From positions 124,001 through 188,000 of the forward strand of contig NW_026515701.1 of the NCBI RefSeq assembly GCF_025526975.1: 64,000 nt of DNA. Direction: 5' to 3'. The DNA is from Fimicolochytrium jonesii. Taxonomy: Eukaryota. Positions 13,501 through 25,210 of the stretch are shown one piece after another (position 1 is the stretch's first letter; every line of letters starts with the position of its first letter). Under the pieces are notes generated by a model. That model worked only from the letters and a program-made list of their open reading frames with translations, searched no databases and was not told the origin of the DNA. The position numbers were made by a program, and so were the translations under genes.

Positions 13501-14747
13501 TCGAAACGTGCATCGATGACCCCAGAACACATCCCGCAGCAATTGCGTGCCCTCGTGGAGGGTTATCGCGCATCTCCCATCGCCAAGTCAACGTCGGATG
13601 CCATCGATGAAGCCATCACGCATGCCCGCGGCGATCCTGCCAACACTTCGGGGCTCGCACCTGGTTTCTCGGAGGCTAGTTTAGCCGACCATATGACTCG
13701 TTTCTTCAATGCCAGTCACGGCAGCCGCGGAAAACGACACAACGGCGCGTCGGCAGCCACTCAATTCCTCATCCTGTCTCAGCGTACGCTAAAGAACCTC
13801 TATCGGAATCCTTATTTGCTCCTTACGCATTATGCCTTGTCAGTGGTCGTCGCCATCAATCTGGGACTGCTCTATTGGAAGATGGATACGACCATGTCCG
13901 GTTTCCAGAATCGCATGGGAGTGTTATTCTTCATATGCGCCGTTTTTGGGTTTGGGTGTTTGAGTTCGATGATGGTGTTTGCTAGTGAGAGGGTGCTGTT
14001 CGTCCGAGAGCGGGCCGGAGGATATTATGGTCCGGCTCCATATTTTGCCGCCAAGGTAAAAACTACTCTCCCGTTCTTATTTGAGAGAAAGCGACTGACT
14101 GATCAAATGAAAACTTTTAATCGTATGGCAGGTTCTTTTCGACATTGTCCCTCTGCGTGTCATCCCCCCAATCCTTCTCTCCCTCATCTCCTACTATATG
14201 ATGGGCCTGCGCTCCGAAACCCTCGCATACTTCCTGCGCTTCGTCCTCGTCCTGGTCCTCTTCAACGCCACCGCCGCAGCGATGTGTCTCGCCATCTCGG
14301 TCGTCGTCGCCGACTCTGCCGTCGCCCTCCTTCTCGCTAACGTCCTCATGCTCTATGAGATGCTGTTTGGAGGCATGCTGCTCAACCGCGATGGACTGGG
14401 CTGGTTTGGCAAACTGGGGATTGATCTCAGCTTCTTCCATTCGGCGTGGGAGGCGTTGATGGTTAATGAGGTCAATGGGCTGACGCTTGTGGAGAAGAGT
14501 AAAGGGTTGAATATTCGGGTGAGTGGTGGGCGAATGGTTGAGATTGCGTTCGCTTTGCATAATGGCCTTTTCTCATTCGTGTCACATTTCTTCTATATTC
14601 AAGGCCCCTGGCGCCTTTGTCCTCAGGATGTTTGGCCTCGATCCGGACGCCTACTGGACGGACGTCATCCGCCTGATCATCATGCTGTCAGCGCTGCTCA
14701 TCGCTGCACTCGCATGGCTGTCACTGGCAGTCAAGGAGAGGCGTTGA
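10530..14747 (+). CDS. ADP1: ADP1-like half-size ABCG transporter with N-terminal EGF-like repeats; multi-exon
   Basis: Signal peptide, EGF-like CNCPVGFGGRTC and CDCTDGWTGINC, Walker A GASGAGKS, signature ISGGEKRR, LFLDEPTSGLD, C-terminal ABC2 membrane domain. Confidence 0.92.
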
Positions 14748-15181
14748 GATGTCCTGTTTTTGTCTTTCTGACGTTCTTAGGTTTTGGTTAATCGCCCCCA
14801 AGCTCTTCTGTCCCAGCCTCTCCGTTTCTTAGGATGCCGTATGAGTACTCTGTTCACCGTAGCCACTGATACCTTGTTTGGGAACAATTGTCCTTTGGAA
14901 TATAATCCTTCATCTAACAATAGAGACCCGGTTGGAAGTGGGAAGATTGGTGCAAGCATGCATGCGTGTGATAAGAGGCGCTCTGTAGCCTGGCCAACAA
15001 CGTACAGTACATTTGTGCTACGGCTTCAGACATGCTGGATGACACAACACGGTACGCATATCGTTCGAGGCTTTGCGCGAGGAACTTGGAAGTACCACAT
15101 GATCATGCTCGAGTTTATCTTAATCTTATTGATACGCACTTATCGTTCGCCAATTCTATAGACTACCTAAATTTCCAGTTT

Positions 15182-16727
15182 TTACAAAACTTCGTTCTCG
15201 ATGACGGCGGCGACTCCCATTCCAATTCCGACACTGCGCAAAGAAGAAAGAAGAGAACGGTAAGGGACCGGCGCAACAATATAGATCCGGATACAAGTAA
15301 TACATACCACATGGACACGATGCCGAATTTCTTATGTTGACGACGAAGCTCAGGCAGCAATGTCGCAATTTGACGGGCACCAGTGGCACCCATGGGGTGT
15401 CCAAACGCTATTGCTCCACCCTTAGGGTTGATCTTCTCGGCGGGAATCTTAAGCTTCTCGGCGCAGTACACGGCTTGCGACGCAAAGGCCTCGTTGATTT
15501 CGAAAATGTCAATGTCCTCGATTTTGAGACCGGTTTGACGCAAGACTTCGGGGATGGCCTTTTCCGGTCCTATAAAAGAGATGATCTGTTAGCAAGAGGG
15601 GCAAGACTAGGTGCATCGAACATCACGTCACTCACCAATTCCCATGATGCGAGGTGGCACACCGACGACGGAGTATCCGACCCAGCGGGCGAGAACCTTT
15701 AATCCGAGCTTCTCAGCAACGCTGCGACGCATGAGGAGGACAGCGGCGGCACCGTCGGTGATCTGAGATGCGTTTCCGGCGGTAGTGGTTCCCTCCTTTC
15801 CGAACGCGGGCCTCAGCTTTGCGAGGTTCTCGGCGTTGGTGGCGCGGATGCCGTCGTCCTTGGTGACGACGGTTCCATCGTGAAGCTTTACGGGCACGAT
15901 CTCCTCGTCGAAGAGACCTTCCTTCTGTGCCTTCGAGGCCAAGGTGTGCGACCTCAGCGCGAACTTGTCCTGTGCCTCGCGGGTAATCTTGAACTCCTTT
16001 GCAACGTTCTCGGAGGTGATACCCATGGGAATCAAGACATCAGCGGAGGGTCCGTACGCGAGGATTTCCTCGTCGAGGTCAGTGGGCATGGCTCCAGGGC
16101 CGTAGTACATCGTCATAGACTCGACACCAGCTCCGACACCGACATCGATGTAACCGGCCTTGATGGCACCAGCAATGTTTCCACATGTCGCGAGACCGCT
16201 GGAGCATTGCCTGTTAACAGCGGAGAGAGCAACAGATTCTGGGTATCCAGCGTGGAGCGCAGCCATACGCGACGTGGTCACACCGGCCCCTGGCATCAAG
16301 ACGTTTCCAACTGGATGAAGTCGCGAGAATGACAAATATTAGCCTCATGGTCATGACGGCCATTGAAAGAGAGGCCATTGCTCAAATTTCAATGGAAACA
16401 AACCTTGAATGTCCTGGACGATGCTGGGGTCGACACCGGTCTTCTCGATGACGGACTTCAGAGCGACAGAGAGGAGGTATTCGGGATGGGTCTCTTTGAA
16501 AGCACCCTTTCCACCTTTGCAAAGGGGTGTGCGCTGGGCAGCAACGATGACAACATCGTCGGGGCTCTTAGGTGCCTTGCCTAGGAAAATGGAGGGTCGT
16601 GGGAAAATCGTTGAGTAAGGAGGACCGTGATCAAACCTCGCCAATCTCAGTACAGGACAAACTTACCAGCACCAGTGACGGTGAGGTGGCCGGCGATGTT
16701 CTGAATACGGTCGGAAGCGGCAGACAT
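15182..16727 (-). CDS. POT1: Peroxisomal 3-ketoacyl-CoA thiolase; multi-exon
   Basis: VNRQCSSGL, EINEAFASQ, GGAIAFGHPMG; N-terminal PTS2 RI-QNIAG-HL. Confidence 0.95.
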
Positions 16728-17407
16728 GGTTATGATATTTATTGCTGTTGTGAGTATGAAGGATGGGAGATGGTATGGATGGATTTTGAGGAGGGCCTGC
16801 TCAAGCACAGGCTAGTTATGTATTCGCGCTCAGCGTTCCCTGTGACTAATGGGCGGTGGGGTAGGCAGCCAGCCAAGTTCCTAAATAAAGTATCGCCTCG
16901 CGTTCCCATTTTCCTAAACTGGTCCTAATTTGGAACCGGAGGGTCCGTCCCAAACATGATTAGCCTCGGACCCATTCATTCTGCTGAAGACTCCGTGGGC
17001 GGAGACTCCAGGTGTCTTGTGACTGCCGAGCAAAACCATGCAAAGCCGTTCACATGTTCGTCTGGCATGTGAAAGTCCGAATCGCCGCGCTTGATCTCCG
17101 TTGTGCCTTCCGACTTTTATTCCGACGCACGTGACCCGTTGTTCAACTCAATCATTGAAGGCAGCGTGTCCGAAGCACTTCGTAATCACCGCAGATGTTG
17201 AACTTTCGGACACTTCAGCTGTGCGAAACATCCCCCTCTCTGGACTCTCTCGTCGGGGTTGTTGCAAGGGGACCCATCTTCGCCTTTCTTCGACTGGTCA
17301 GGACACCCCACGATCTCAAAACAGGCGCCCTCTGGCATCGAGTCGGTCGCTCAAAGCGATAACCGCGCGTGTTGGAGCCAACCTGCTGGCTAGAACGCCG
17401 GTGAAAA

Positions 17408-19470
17408 ATGGCGGCGGCTGCAGCAGCGGAGCCCGATGTCCTCGAAACTATCAAATTGTGGCGGGCAAACTTGCAATCAGCAACTGTGGACCCAGCGGAA
17501 ATCAGTGGACAGGTGGACCTGCTGATAGGTCTCTTGAGCGAACGCACCGCTGAACTGTCCTCCCTCCAAGATCACCTTGCGTGTCCCGTATGCACCGATT
17601 ACTTTGTGCTACCTTTCACGCTCGACTGCGGTCATGTCTTTTGCTATGAGTGTCTAGATCAATGGTTTGCCCATCTCGATGTTGACGGCTCTGAGCCTAA
17701 ATGTCCGACATGTCGAGAGAGAATTGTCTCACGCCCGAGAAAAGACCGAGTGCTTGCTCGTTTAGTCGAAGAGTGTGTGGAGAAAAAGACCGACGCGGAT
17801 AGCTTAAGGGTTGGTTCGTCTTGCCTTGCAAACGATAAAAGAGGGAGAAAATGCCGACCGTCCGTCGCATAGATATGCCTAAGGATAGAAACATCGTCAG
17901 CGACGCTTGAGAAGCTGTCTCATCCTTTTCCGAACTTTCTGTGGCCTGTCTTTCACCGCTCCTCGGAAGGGAATCTGTAAGTATTCACTATGCTTGAAAT
18001 TGGATTAAACTTGCTACGGCGGCCAGAACAGACCCACTTTGACATCATTGCAGTCTCTGTCGTCATTGCAGGACGCAACTAAACAACGGGTCATGCGAAC
18101 GGTGTGGGCAGGATTACTGGGCTGAAACGAGCGACCTCGCGGATTTTCCCGGCGATTCGCACGAGTCGGATTCCCCATCCGAGTGGTCGCAGCACGACTC
18201 GGAGTCTGACGCTACATTCTCCCCGCCACCGTCAGAATCTGAGTTTGAGAACTCTTTCGATGGCGACTCGACGCAACATGACACTCAGGAAGCTGTGAAT
18301 TCATTTTGGGACCTATCGATCAGAAACCATGGTCGTCCAAGCACAGAGAACCCATTTGACTTTCAGGGGCTCTTGGCCTCTGTAAGGAGGGACGTCGACA
18401 GCATCACTCATAATCAGCAAAGAGCCGAAAGGATGATACGCGAACGTGCAGGTCAATGGAGCAGTTCCCACAACCGTCCTTCCTTCGGCCGAAGTCTGAG
18501 CGCTGACAACGACGACGAAATAGGTGGGAACTCTGGAAGTCAAGTCACCTTAGAGCTTGAAAGTGACGGGGAGGTGCTTGATGATATCGCGCGGCCTTCT
18601 GGGGCCACAACGTTTCTCGATGACCTAGAAGATCTCAGTTTCGAAGACTCCAGTCCGACAAGTCCACCGGCCTCACCTGAACCTGAGAAAACCGCTGATG
18701 ACAATGGAACGCGGCCAGTGGACTATATTGTTAGCCAAAGCACAGAACCCTCCCCGCCGTTGAGCCCACATCCACAATGGAGCCGTGAGGACGATTCTGA
18801 AAGCGCCGAGGAGGACGACGAGGATAGTGGGCTGGACGATAAAGGAGCTCGGAAACCTACGATATGGGAGGAGGAAGATGATGTCGACGGCGACGAGGAC
18901 GGCGAAGAGGAGAAGGAACAACAGCATTCCGATAGAGGCAATCGCGACATCAATGGCCACACGAGTGCACCCTTTTACCAGGGCCGTACTCGCCGCGCCA
19001 ATAGTACACGTCCTTTCCACCCGATCGGACGCCCACTCACGTCCCCGCTCTCCGCCTTCCATACAAACTTTGCTGCAATCTGGGCGCTTCATTCACAGAT
19101 CGACCACGAGTTGGGGTTGGAGGACGCCGAACAATCTCATCTCGAGCTTCATCGCAGTGCACTTCGAGCCCACGATCGTCACATCTCCGAGCACACTGAT
19201 GATGATGATTCTGGCGAGGAAGAAGATGATGGGGAGGAGGGAGAGCAAGGGAACGTGACGGAGTCCGATAGTGAGGAGTCCGCGTTTTCGGATTGGGCAA
19301 CGGAATCGGAGCCGCACGCCGGTGGGATGGACACGCATACCGCTGGCTTGGAACGGCAGGCGGGGCCGTTGGGGGGAGCGGGTGGGCGAGGTGGCGGTAG
19401 TGGTGGCAATAGGCGCGGGAGGATTAGCCTTCCACACGAGTTCTCAGACGCAGGCGATGAATCGCTTTGA
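17408..19470 (+). CDS. RING-finger E3 ligase, PSH1-like architecture; 3 exons
   Basis: C3HC4 RING (CPVC...CGHVFCYEC...CPTC), second CxxC...CxxC module after splicing (CRHC...CERC), long acidic tail. Confidence 0.7.
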
Positions 19471-19947
19471 TTCGCGGGATGCAGGAAGAGGAATGCCACT
19501 TGGAGCCGGAGACTGATTGTAGAATATACCATGCATGCACATACACACGCACAGAAACGTGTACATAACCCTCAGTATTGGATGATCCTACATGACCCAT
19601 TTCATCTGCTTCGATTTTCATCAAATATGTAAATGCCAGTGTCATCGAAATCGCGCCTCTGATGGCGCCTATGACGTTCAAGATTAACACCCCTTTCTCT
19701 CCCAAATGGACAGATCTTTTGCTTCGTGGAAATTGACAAGGTAACACTCACGGTCGAGGTCAACGGAGACATTTTCGAAATATATTATTCCCGCAACAGC
19801 ATGTCGCCGCACTGAGCATATCGCCCAAGGACCCAGCTTGACCCTCCCTCGCTCAATCTTCCCTCCCTTCCAGGATTGCTCGTAGGTCCACTCTCTCGTT
19901 CACCCACGACCAATATCCTGCACCAAAGGCCAACCTCCTCACCCAAC

Positions 19948-22740
19948 TCACGCCTCCTTGCGCGCCTGAAGCTCACCCAAAACGCCCGCGAGCCCCTTAC
20001 AAAACCGTTTCTCCGCACACATCTTCGCCACCAGCGACCCCTCAATGGCGGCAAACGCCGGTCCATTTGCCGGGGACCTCGCCAGGTTCCGTAGGACTAG
20101 CATCGCGGTCAACGGGATGCCTCTAAGATCATCTTCTGGCCCGGATGCTGATAATGGCGCTACGTACGATCCAGGGAAGCTAGGTCTCCTCTCTTGAGCG
20201 ACGAGCTTTGCGTGGGTGTGAGATTCCGAAGTAGTTTTGGAGGGGGAGCCGTTCGGGGTGTCCCCGAAATGCGTCGTAATATGTCGTAGGATTTTGTTGG
20301 GGGCCCATCGTTGGCCCTTGCCGCTGGAGCATCCCTTCCATCGGCATCCATCATGCGCTTGGTCGCTGCCGTGGGCTAGATGATCATGTTGGAGGTGGGC
20401 AAACAACTCCGCTTTGGTGGCGAAACACTGGCGACATCCCTCATTTGCATTCGAGTGGGCGGTTCTGTTCCACCAACATGGCCAGGGGGCAGTTGTCGCG
20501 TCAAGCTGGGGTTGGGGAGGCGCAGTATCCATTGGAGCCGATGACTGATCGTTCGCGGGATAGAGATGCTGCAGGTCGCCAGGTAGGTGGTATGGGAGGG
20601 GTACTGGCGCAGGAAGGGCATATGCGGGGTACGCACTTCCAATCGGAGGCTGGCTATATCCCGGGACGCCAGGGATTGACGATATTGGAGTACCCACAGG
20701 GGGAGCGTACTCAACACCGGTCATAGGAACTGCGGCGTTACTATCGGGCATGGGTGCCTGATACTTTGGCACTCCATTAACAAGCGGAGGAGCGCCATTG
20801 ACCACGGATGTCGGTGTGAGTGCCTTGGCAGCAGAAGAGAATGACCTCGGCCGCGTTCCGGGAGGCACAACCGGAGTTGTGTGACTCGGCGGCGGCCCTG
20901 TTGGTCGCTTCCCAAATCCCTGCCACGCCAGAAACTTGACCAGCAGTTTCAGAGCGTTATACTCCGCTCCCTCCACAATCGAGACACACGCTTCCTCTCC
21001 CAAATTCGAAAACTCATAGAACCAATCGAGCACCGCGGTGACAAGCTCCTCATCTGGCACAAGCAGCAGCTGCAGGAATCGTGTGATGATCGGTTTCATA
21101 TCACTCGCGACAAGGATCTTTGCATTGATCTCGTTCGCGCAAAAAGCGGTAAGCGTCCGCGCGGCGGAAATGATCAGGGATTTGTCGTCCTGCAAAGCTG
21201 TTTGTCGGAGAACAGCCAAAAAATAATCGTTCGGCCCTTGAAGGAGTATAAATGGTGACAGTTGCTCCAACACCTCGAACGATTGATGCTTGATGTCAAG
21301 GTACATGGTCGCGAAAGGAAGCGCCAAGCCTTTTGATATATACGTAAGAAGCGTGAAATCTTTGCTGAAATAGAGCGCATTGTCGGGATAGAACGCCAGG
21401 TTTCGTATGATATGGAGCACCTGCAGGCATCGTTCCAGCTTAATGGCAAGTGTCGAACTGTGTAGTAGGCTCTTCCCAGTAATCGTGGGTATTTCGCCCC
21501 CGGATTTCGTTTGTGTCTCGATGTGACCGCCCTGCTTTCGGATCTCCATTTCACCAAGTATGGGACTCGCGTGCTCAAGAATCTCTTCTAGCACGCCTGG
21601 CAACACTCCCAGGTAAAAGTTCTTTACGTAGGAAAGTCTGACAAGTTTTGTAAATGCCCAATCGACTTCATTCGGCAGCTGAGACGCCAAAGCGAGTTTC
21701 AATCGATTTTGCCATGCCCCATATAGGTATTTTTCTGAGTGAAGAGGTTGAAGTCAACATCTCATCAACGACACAACACTCGGGAAACAAAGCGTACCAT
21801 CTATGCCGTCATCGTCTGGATTCTGAGGCGCTGAGGCGGGAGCTGCTCGATACCGCCTCGGTGGAGCTGGTTCTATAGGGGTGGGCGGGGCTGGCGGTCG
21901 AGGGTGCTGTGATCGATGGTGTGTGTGGGATTGCGATGGTGTTTGTGACGATGACCCTGGGGTTTGTATCTGCAATTGGTGCGAAGAGTGCCGTGGAGAC
22001 GCACCCTGATTAGCCTCTGCCATCAACCGCAGTCGCTTGTGGAGAGGTTCGTCGGGTGCAAACTGTATGCGTTGCGGAGGGACATTTGAGTTGGGTATGG
22101 TCATTGGCGGCGGTGGAGACGCAGAATTAACATTCATGGCGCTGGGATTTGGTGCGCCTTTGCGTTTTGGGCGTATCTCTGGCGAGTTTGGGATCGAGGC
22201 CGCATCTTCACCCGTGCCAGTGGATAGCTGGTCGAACGGCCGCTTTTGTGTAAGCAATGCCTGTGTCGGCTTCCCATGCACGTAGACCTGTTCGTACGCC
22301 CACAGATACTTTTGATACAGTTGCTTCACGACGTACGCGCTGTTCGTGCAGGTCGCTGGCAGGTTGAACGGGTCTGTTACGCGCTTCCACCCACGCGCAG
22401 CTGTAACTTGATCGAAACCTCCCGCTTCGAGTACCCATTGATATATGCGGTACATGTCCAGCCGTTTCCCGCCCAGTACAGGTTCTCGGTGCATGGTCAC
22501 TCTAGCAAAACAAAAGCGAACCGGGTCAGGGAAAGAAACTGACGCGTTGATCGTCATCTCTTGAGCAACTGTAAGAGAAACCCACCCGAACTGCTTGTTG
22601 AACTCGTCCAATTGTCTCATGAAAGCTTCGTACTCTGGGGTCCGCTCTATGACGTCCTCATAGTCACTTTTGGACCGCGAGGGGCGACCCGCTTGCCGAC
22701 TGGGGGAAGCTGCCCCAGAGTTGGGAGTGGAAGCAGACAT
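19948..22740 (-). CDS. RSC9: RSC9/ARID2-like chromatin-remodelling subunit; 3 exons
   Basis: ARID (PVLGGKRLDMYRIYQWVLEAGGFDQV), ARM region (LALASQLPNEVDWA), two C2H2-like fingers, C-terminal GIPLTAMLVLRNLAR. Confidence 0.8.
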
Positions 22741-24087
22741 TGCTGGCTCCAAGCTGGATATACGCAACGCACGTTCGTTGACCCGTTTTGTTGCCAGTAC
22801 TTCTCCCTCAAACCGGAAAAAGTCCCCAGATCTCAAACAGCTGCTGCTTGAGAGCTTGACCCTGTCTGCGTCAGTACAGTATATACCTCCACGGGACAAA
22901 ATCTCTAAGCTAGAATTAAACCTGGGAATCATAGGGCGTTAGCCATTCGCGACTTGCAGTTCACCAACACGGGCGAAAGACCAAAGTCATAGTAAAACTT
23001 TTAACTGGTACAACAGTCACATGACTTTTCGACAGTGCCCATGGACAGCACCATTCCACTTTCGTCCGACAACAAAACCCATGACACCGTTGAAAGTAAA
23101 TAAGCTGAAGGTAGCGGCCAGTAGATATTCTGCGCTTTCTCAGCTTCCTTCTCGGCTGCAAGAAAGCGAAGCGTACAAGACTCGAGCGAACGGGCTGTCA
23201 GTCACCAAGCCGAGCTGACGAGCTTCGTTGTTGGAGACTAATTGCTTTCCGAACAAGAAACTGCTTGCAAGGACGAATCGCATGGCCCCGTCAGCACCGT
23301 GTCCCCACGTTACTAGTGCATTGAAAACATGAGAGACTGGGGCAAACTGGATGGAAGTAGTAGTGGACTGGGTCCTGACGAATCAGGGCGTCCCCAATGC
23401 CATGGACTCTCTGCGCGAGAAAGGTTGGCGATCGACTGCCGACTTTATTGGCATGCTACGTGGAATGAAGGGCCACCGCATGTAAAATATTTCGGATTCG
23501 GGTGATTGATGAGCTCGCCTGTAACGCGTTCATGTCCGCAGTTCAGAGACGCCGAGGGGAACTTCGCAAGAGTTGGATTTGCGTGATTCAAACCCGCACA
23601 GTCGTAATGAATCAGTAGACAACAGGGAGACGTCAACTTACTCTTTTTCCAATCTCTTGTAAACCACATTTAGTAAGTTCAGAGCTTCTCGGAGCTCTGT
23701 GCCATGTAAGGCTTTCTCCCTTCCTCGTAATACTGTAGCTGGATTTGTTCATCTATTCGTGGATTGGTGCGAAAAATGTGTCGGTGTTTTTGCTGGAACC
23801 AGGTCGCTTTGCCCTGTTTGCTGGCGTACAGTATGGCCTATCCTAACCTTTCATCTTTACGAGCAGTCTATGCAGTCTTCTATACAGCACATCCCGCCCG
23901 TGCCTGCTCCTCTGCCATACATATACTCAACCTATTCGCATGTTGTTTTCCGAGAAGTAAGGGAACGGCAGGGGACGCGTCGATCATGACAAAGTAATGA
24001 CCTCACGCGCACCCCACAGCTCTCCATCCCGCCTCACGACGAGATCACGAGTGGCTTGACTTCCCGGGTATATATACAGTACGTACG

Positions 24088-24094
24088 TATAAAA
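24088..24094 (+). promoter_or_regulatory. Putative TATA box
   Basis: TATAAAA about 120 bp upstream of the ATG at 24211. Confidence 0.5.
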
Positions 24095-24210
24095 AGAGAG
24101 CTAACCAACCTCCGTACCCGTTCTGCAACGAAACTTGGTTGAAAGCGTATCTGATTCGCATTACCGCAACATTGTAGACCCTTGATCTAGCCTTAAGAAT
24201 CTTCATCACC

Positions 24211-24732
24211 ATGGACAAATCAACGCTCAAGGCGAACAGGCCCAGCTTCCCCCTCGGCGCTACCACCCGCATCGGCCTGGGCAAAGCACTCCTCATCGGA
24301 CTCGGCGCCGGCGTAGTCGGCGGCCTTGCGATGACATTCAACCAAAAGCTCGAACAAACCTTCATCACCAACCGCCCCAATTCGTACGTGCCGGGATACA
24401 CCCTGCTGCGTCTCCTTCACCGTCCCGTTCCGGCGTCCATGTCGGAGCTTGTGGCTTGGAACCACGCTATGCACTGGGGCGAGGGATTGGTCGCTGGCGC
24501 GATTCGCGGTCTCATGGCTTACAACGGGATCGCTGGCCCTTTCGCCTCTTTCATCTTCACGGGTGTGAGGTTGTTGATTGATCAGTCGTTGGAAAACCTG
24601 ACCGGTGTTGGGGCCGCGCCTTGGACGTGGCCGTGGCAGGAACAAGTGCTGGATATCGTGCATAAAGCGGTGTATGCTTTTGCGACGGGCTATGTGGTGG
24701 ATCGGTTCGTCGTTGGGTATCGATACAATTGA
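24211..24732 (+). CDS. Small intronless membrane protein of unknown function (173 aa)
   Basis: Clean ORF with C/G-ending codon bias, hydrophobic segments, upstream TATA; motifs RPNSYVP, NHAMHWG, DQSLENLTGVGAAPWTWP, HKAVYAFATG. Confidence 0.85.
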   Translation: MDKSTLKANRPSFPLGATTRIGLGKALLIGLGAGVVGGLAMTFNQKLEQTFITNRPNSYVPGYTLLRLLHRPVPASMSELVAWNHAMHWGEGLVAGAIRGLMAYNGIAGPFASFIFTGVRLLIDQSLENLTGVGAAPWTWPWQEQVLDIVHKAVYAFATGYVVDRFVVGYRYN

Positions 24733-25210
24733 TTGATGTGGTGGACAAGTTCCGCATCTTGAGGGAGGAGACCAACATGGAACCGACGAGGTTCTCGACG
24801 GATAGGATTAGCATCTGATTGGATTGGAGGTTGATGCGTGTATTATAGATCGCGAAATGAAAGATGTACCCTAACGCAAGAGCTTCGCATGATCCCCTAA
24901 CCCAAAGAAGCTCATCATTGAATGAAGCCATTGATGGCGCCGAAAAAAGAGAGAGCGAAGACGGCACGCCCCTTTTGACTGAGTCCGTGCGCTTCCTGAT
25001 GATTATGAAGAGGCTGCTGCAGTAGCTGCAGCAGGAGCTCCACAGTAAAGAGGCGTGGAGCGGCTCACATGCAAGTGAGCGGACTTATTCCGCGTTGTGA
25101 CTTGTCGAGCTTGACCAACGCGTCTCCGTCTCTCCATCTGAGGTCACACCATTCTCAACAAACTCTCAACACAGTTGCCGGCGCAAGCTCTATTCGCTGC
25201 TGGAACACAA

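Noticed and set aside
23535..23550. Group I intron Q/R-like words (TCCGCAG, GTTCAGAGAC)
   Set aside because: The words overlap each other, and there are no P or S elements
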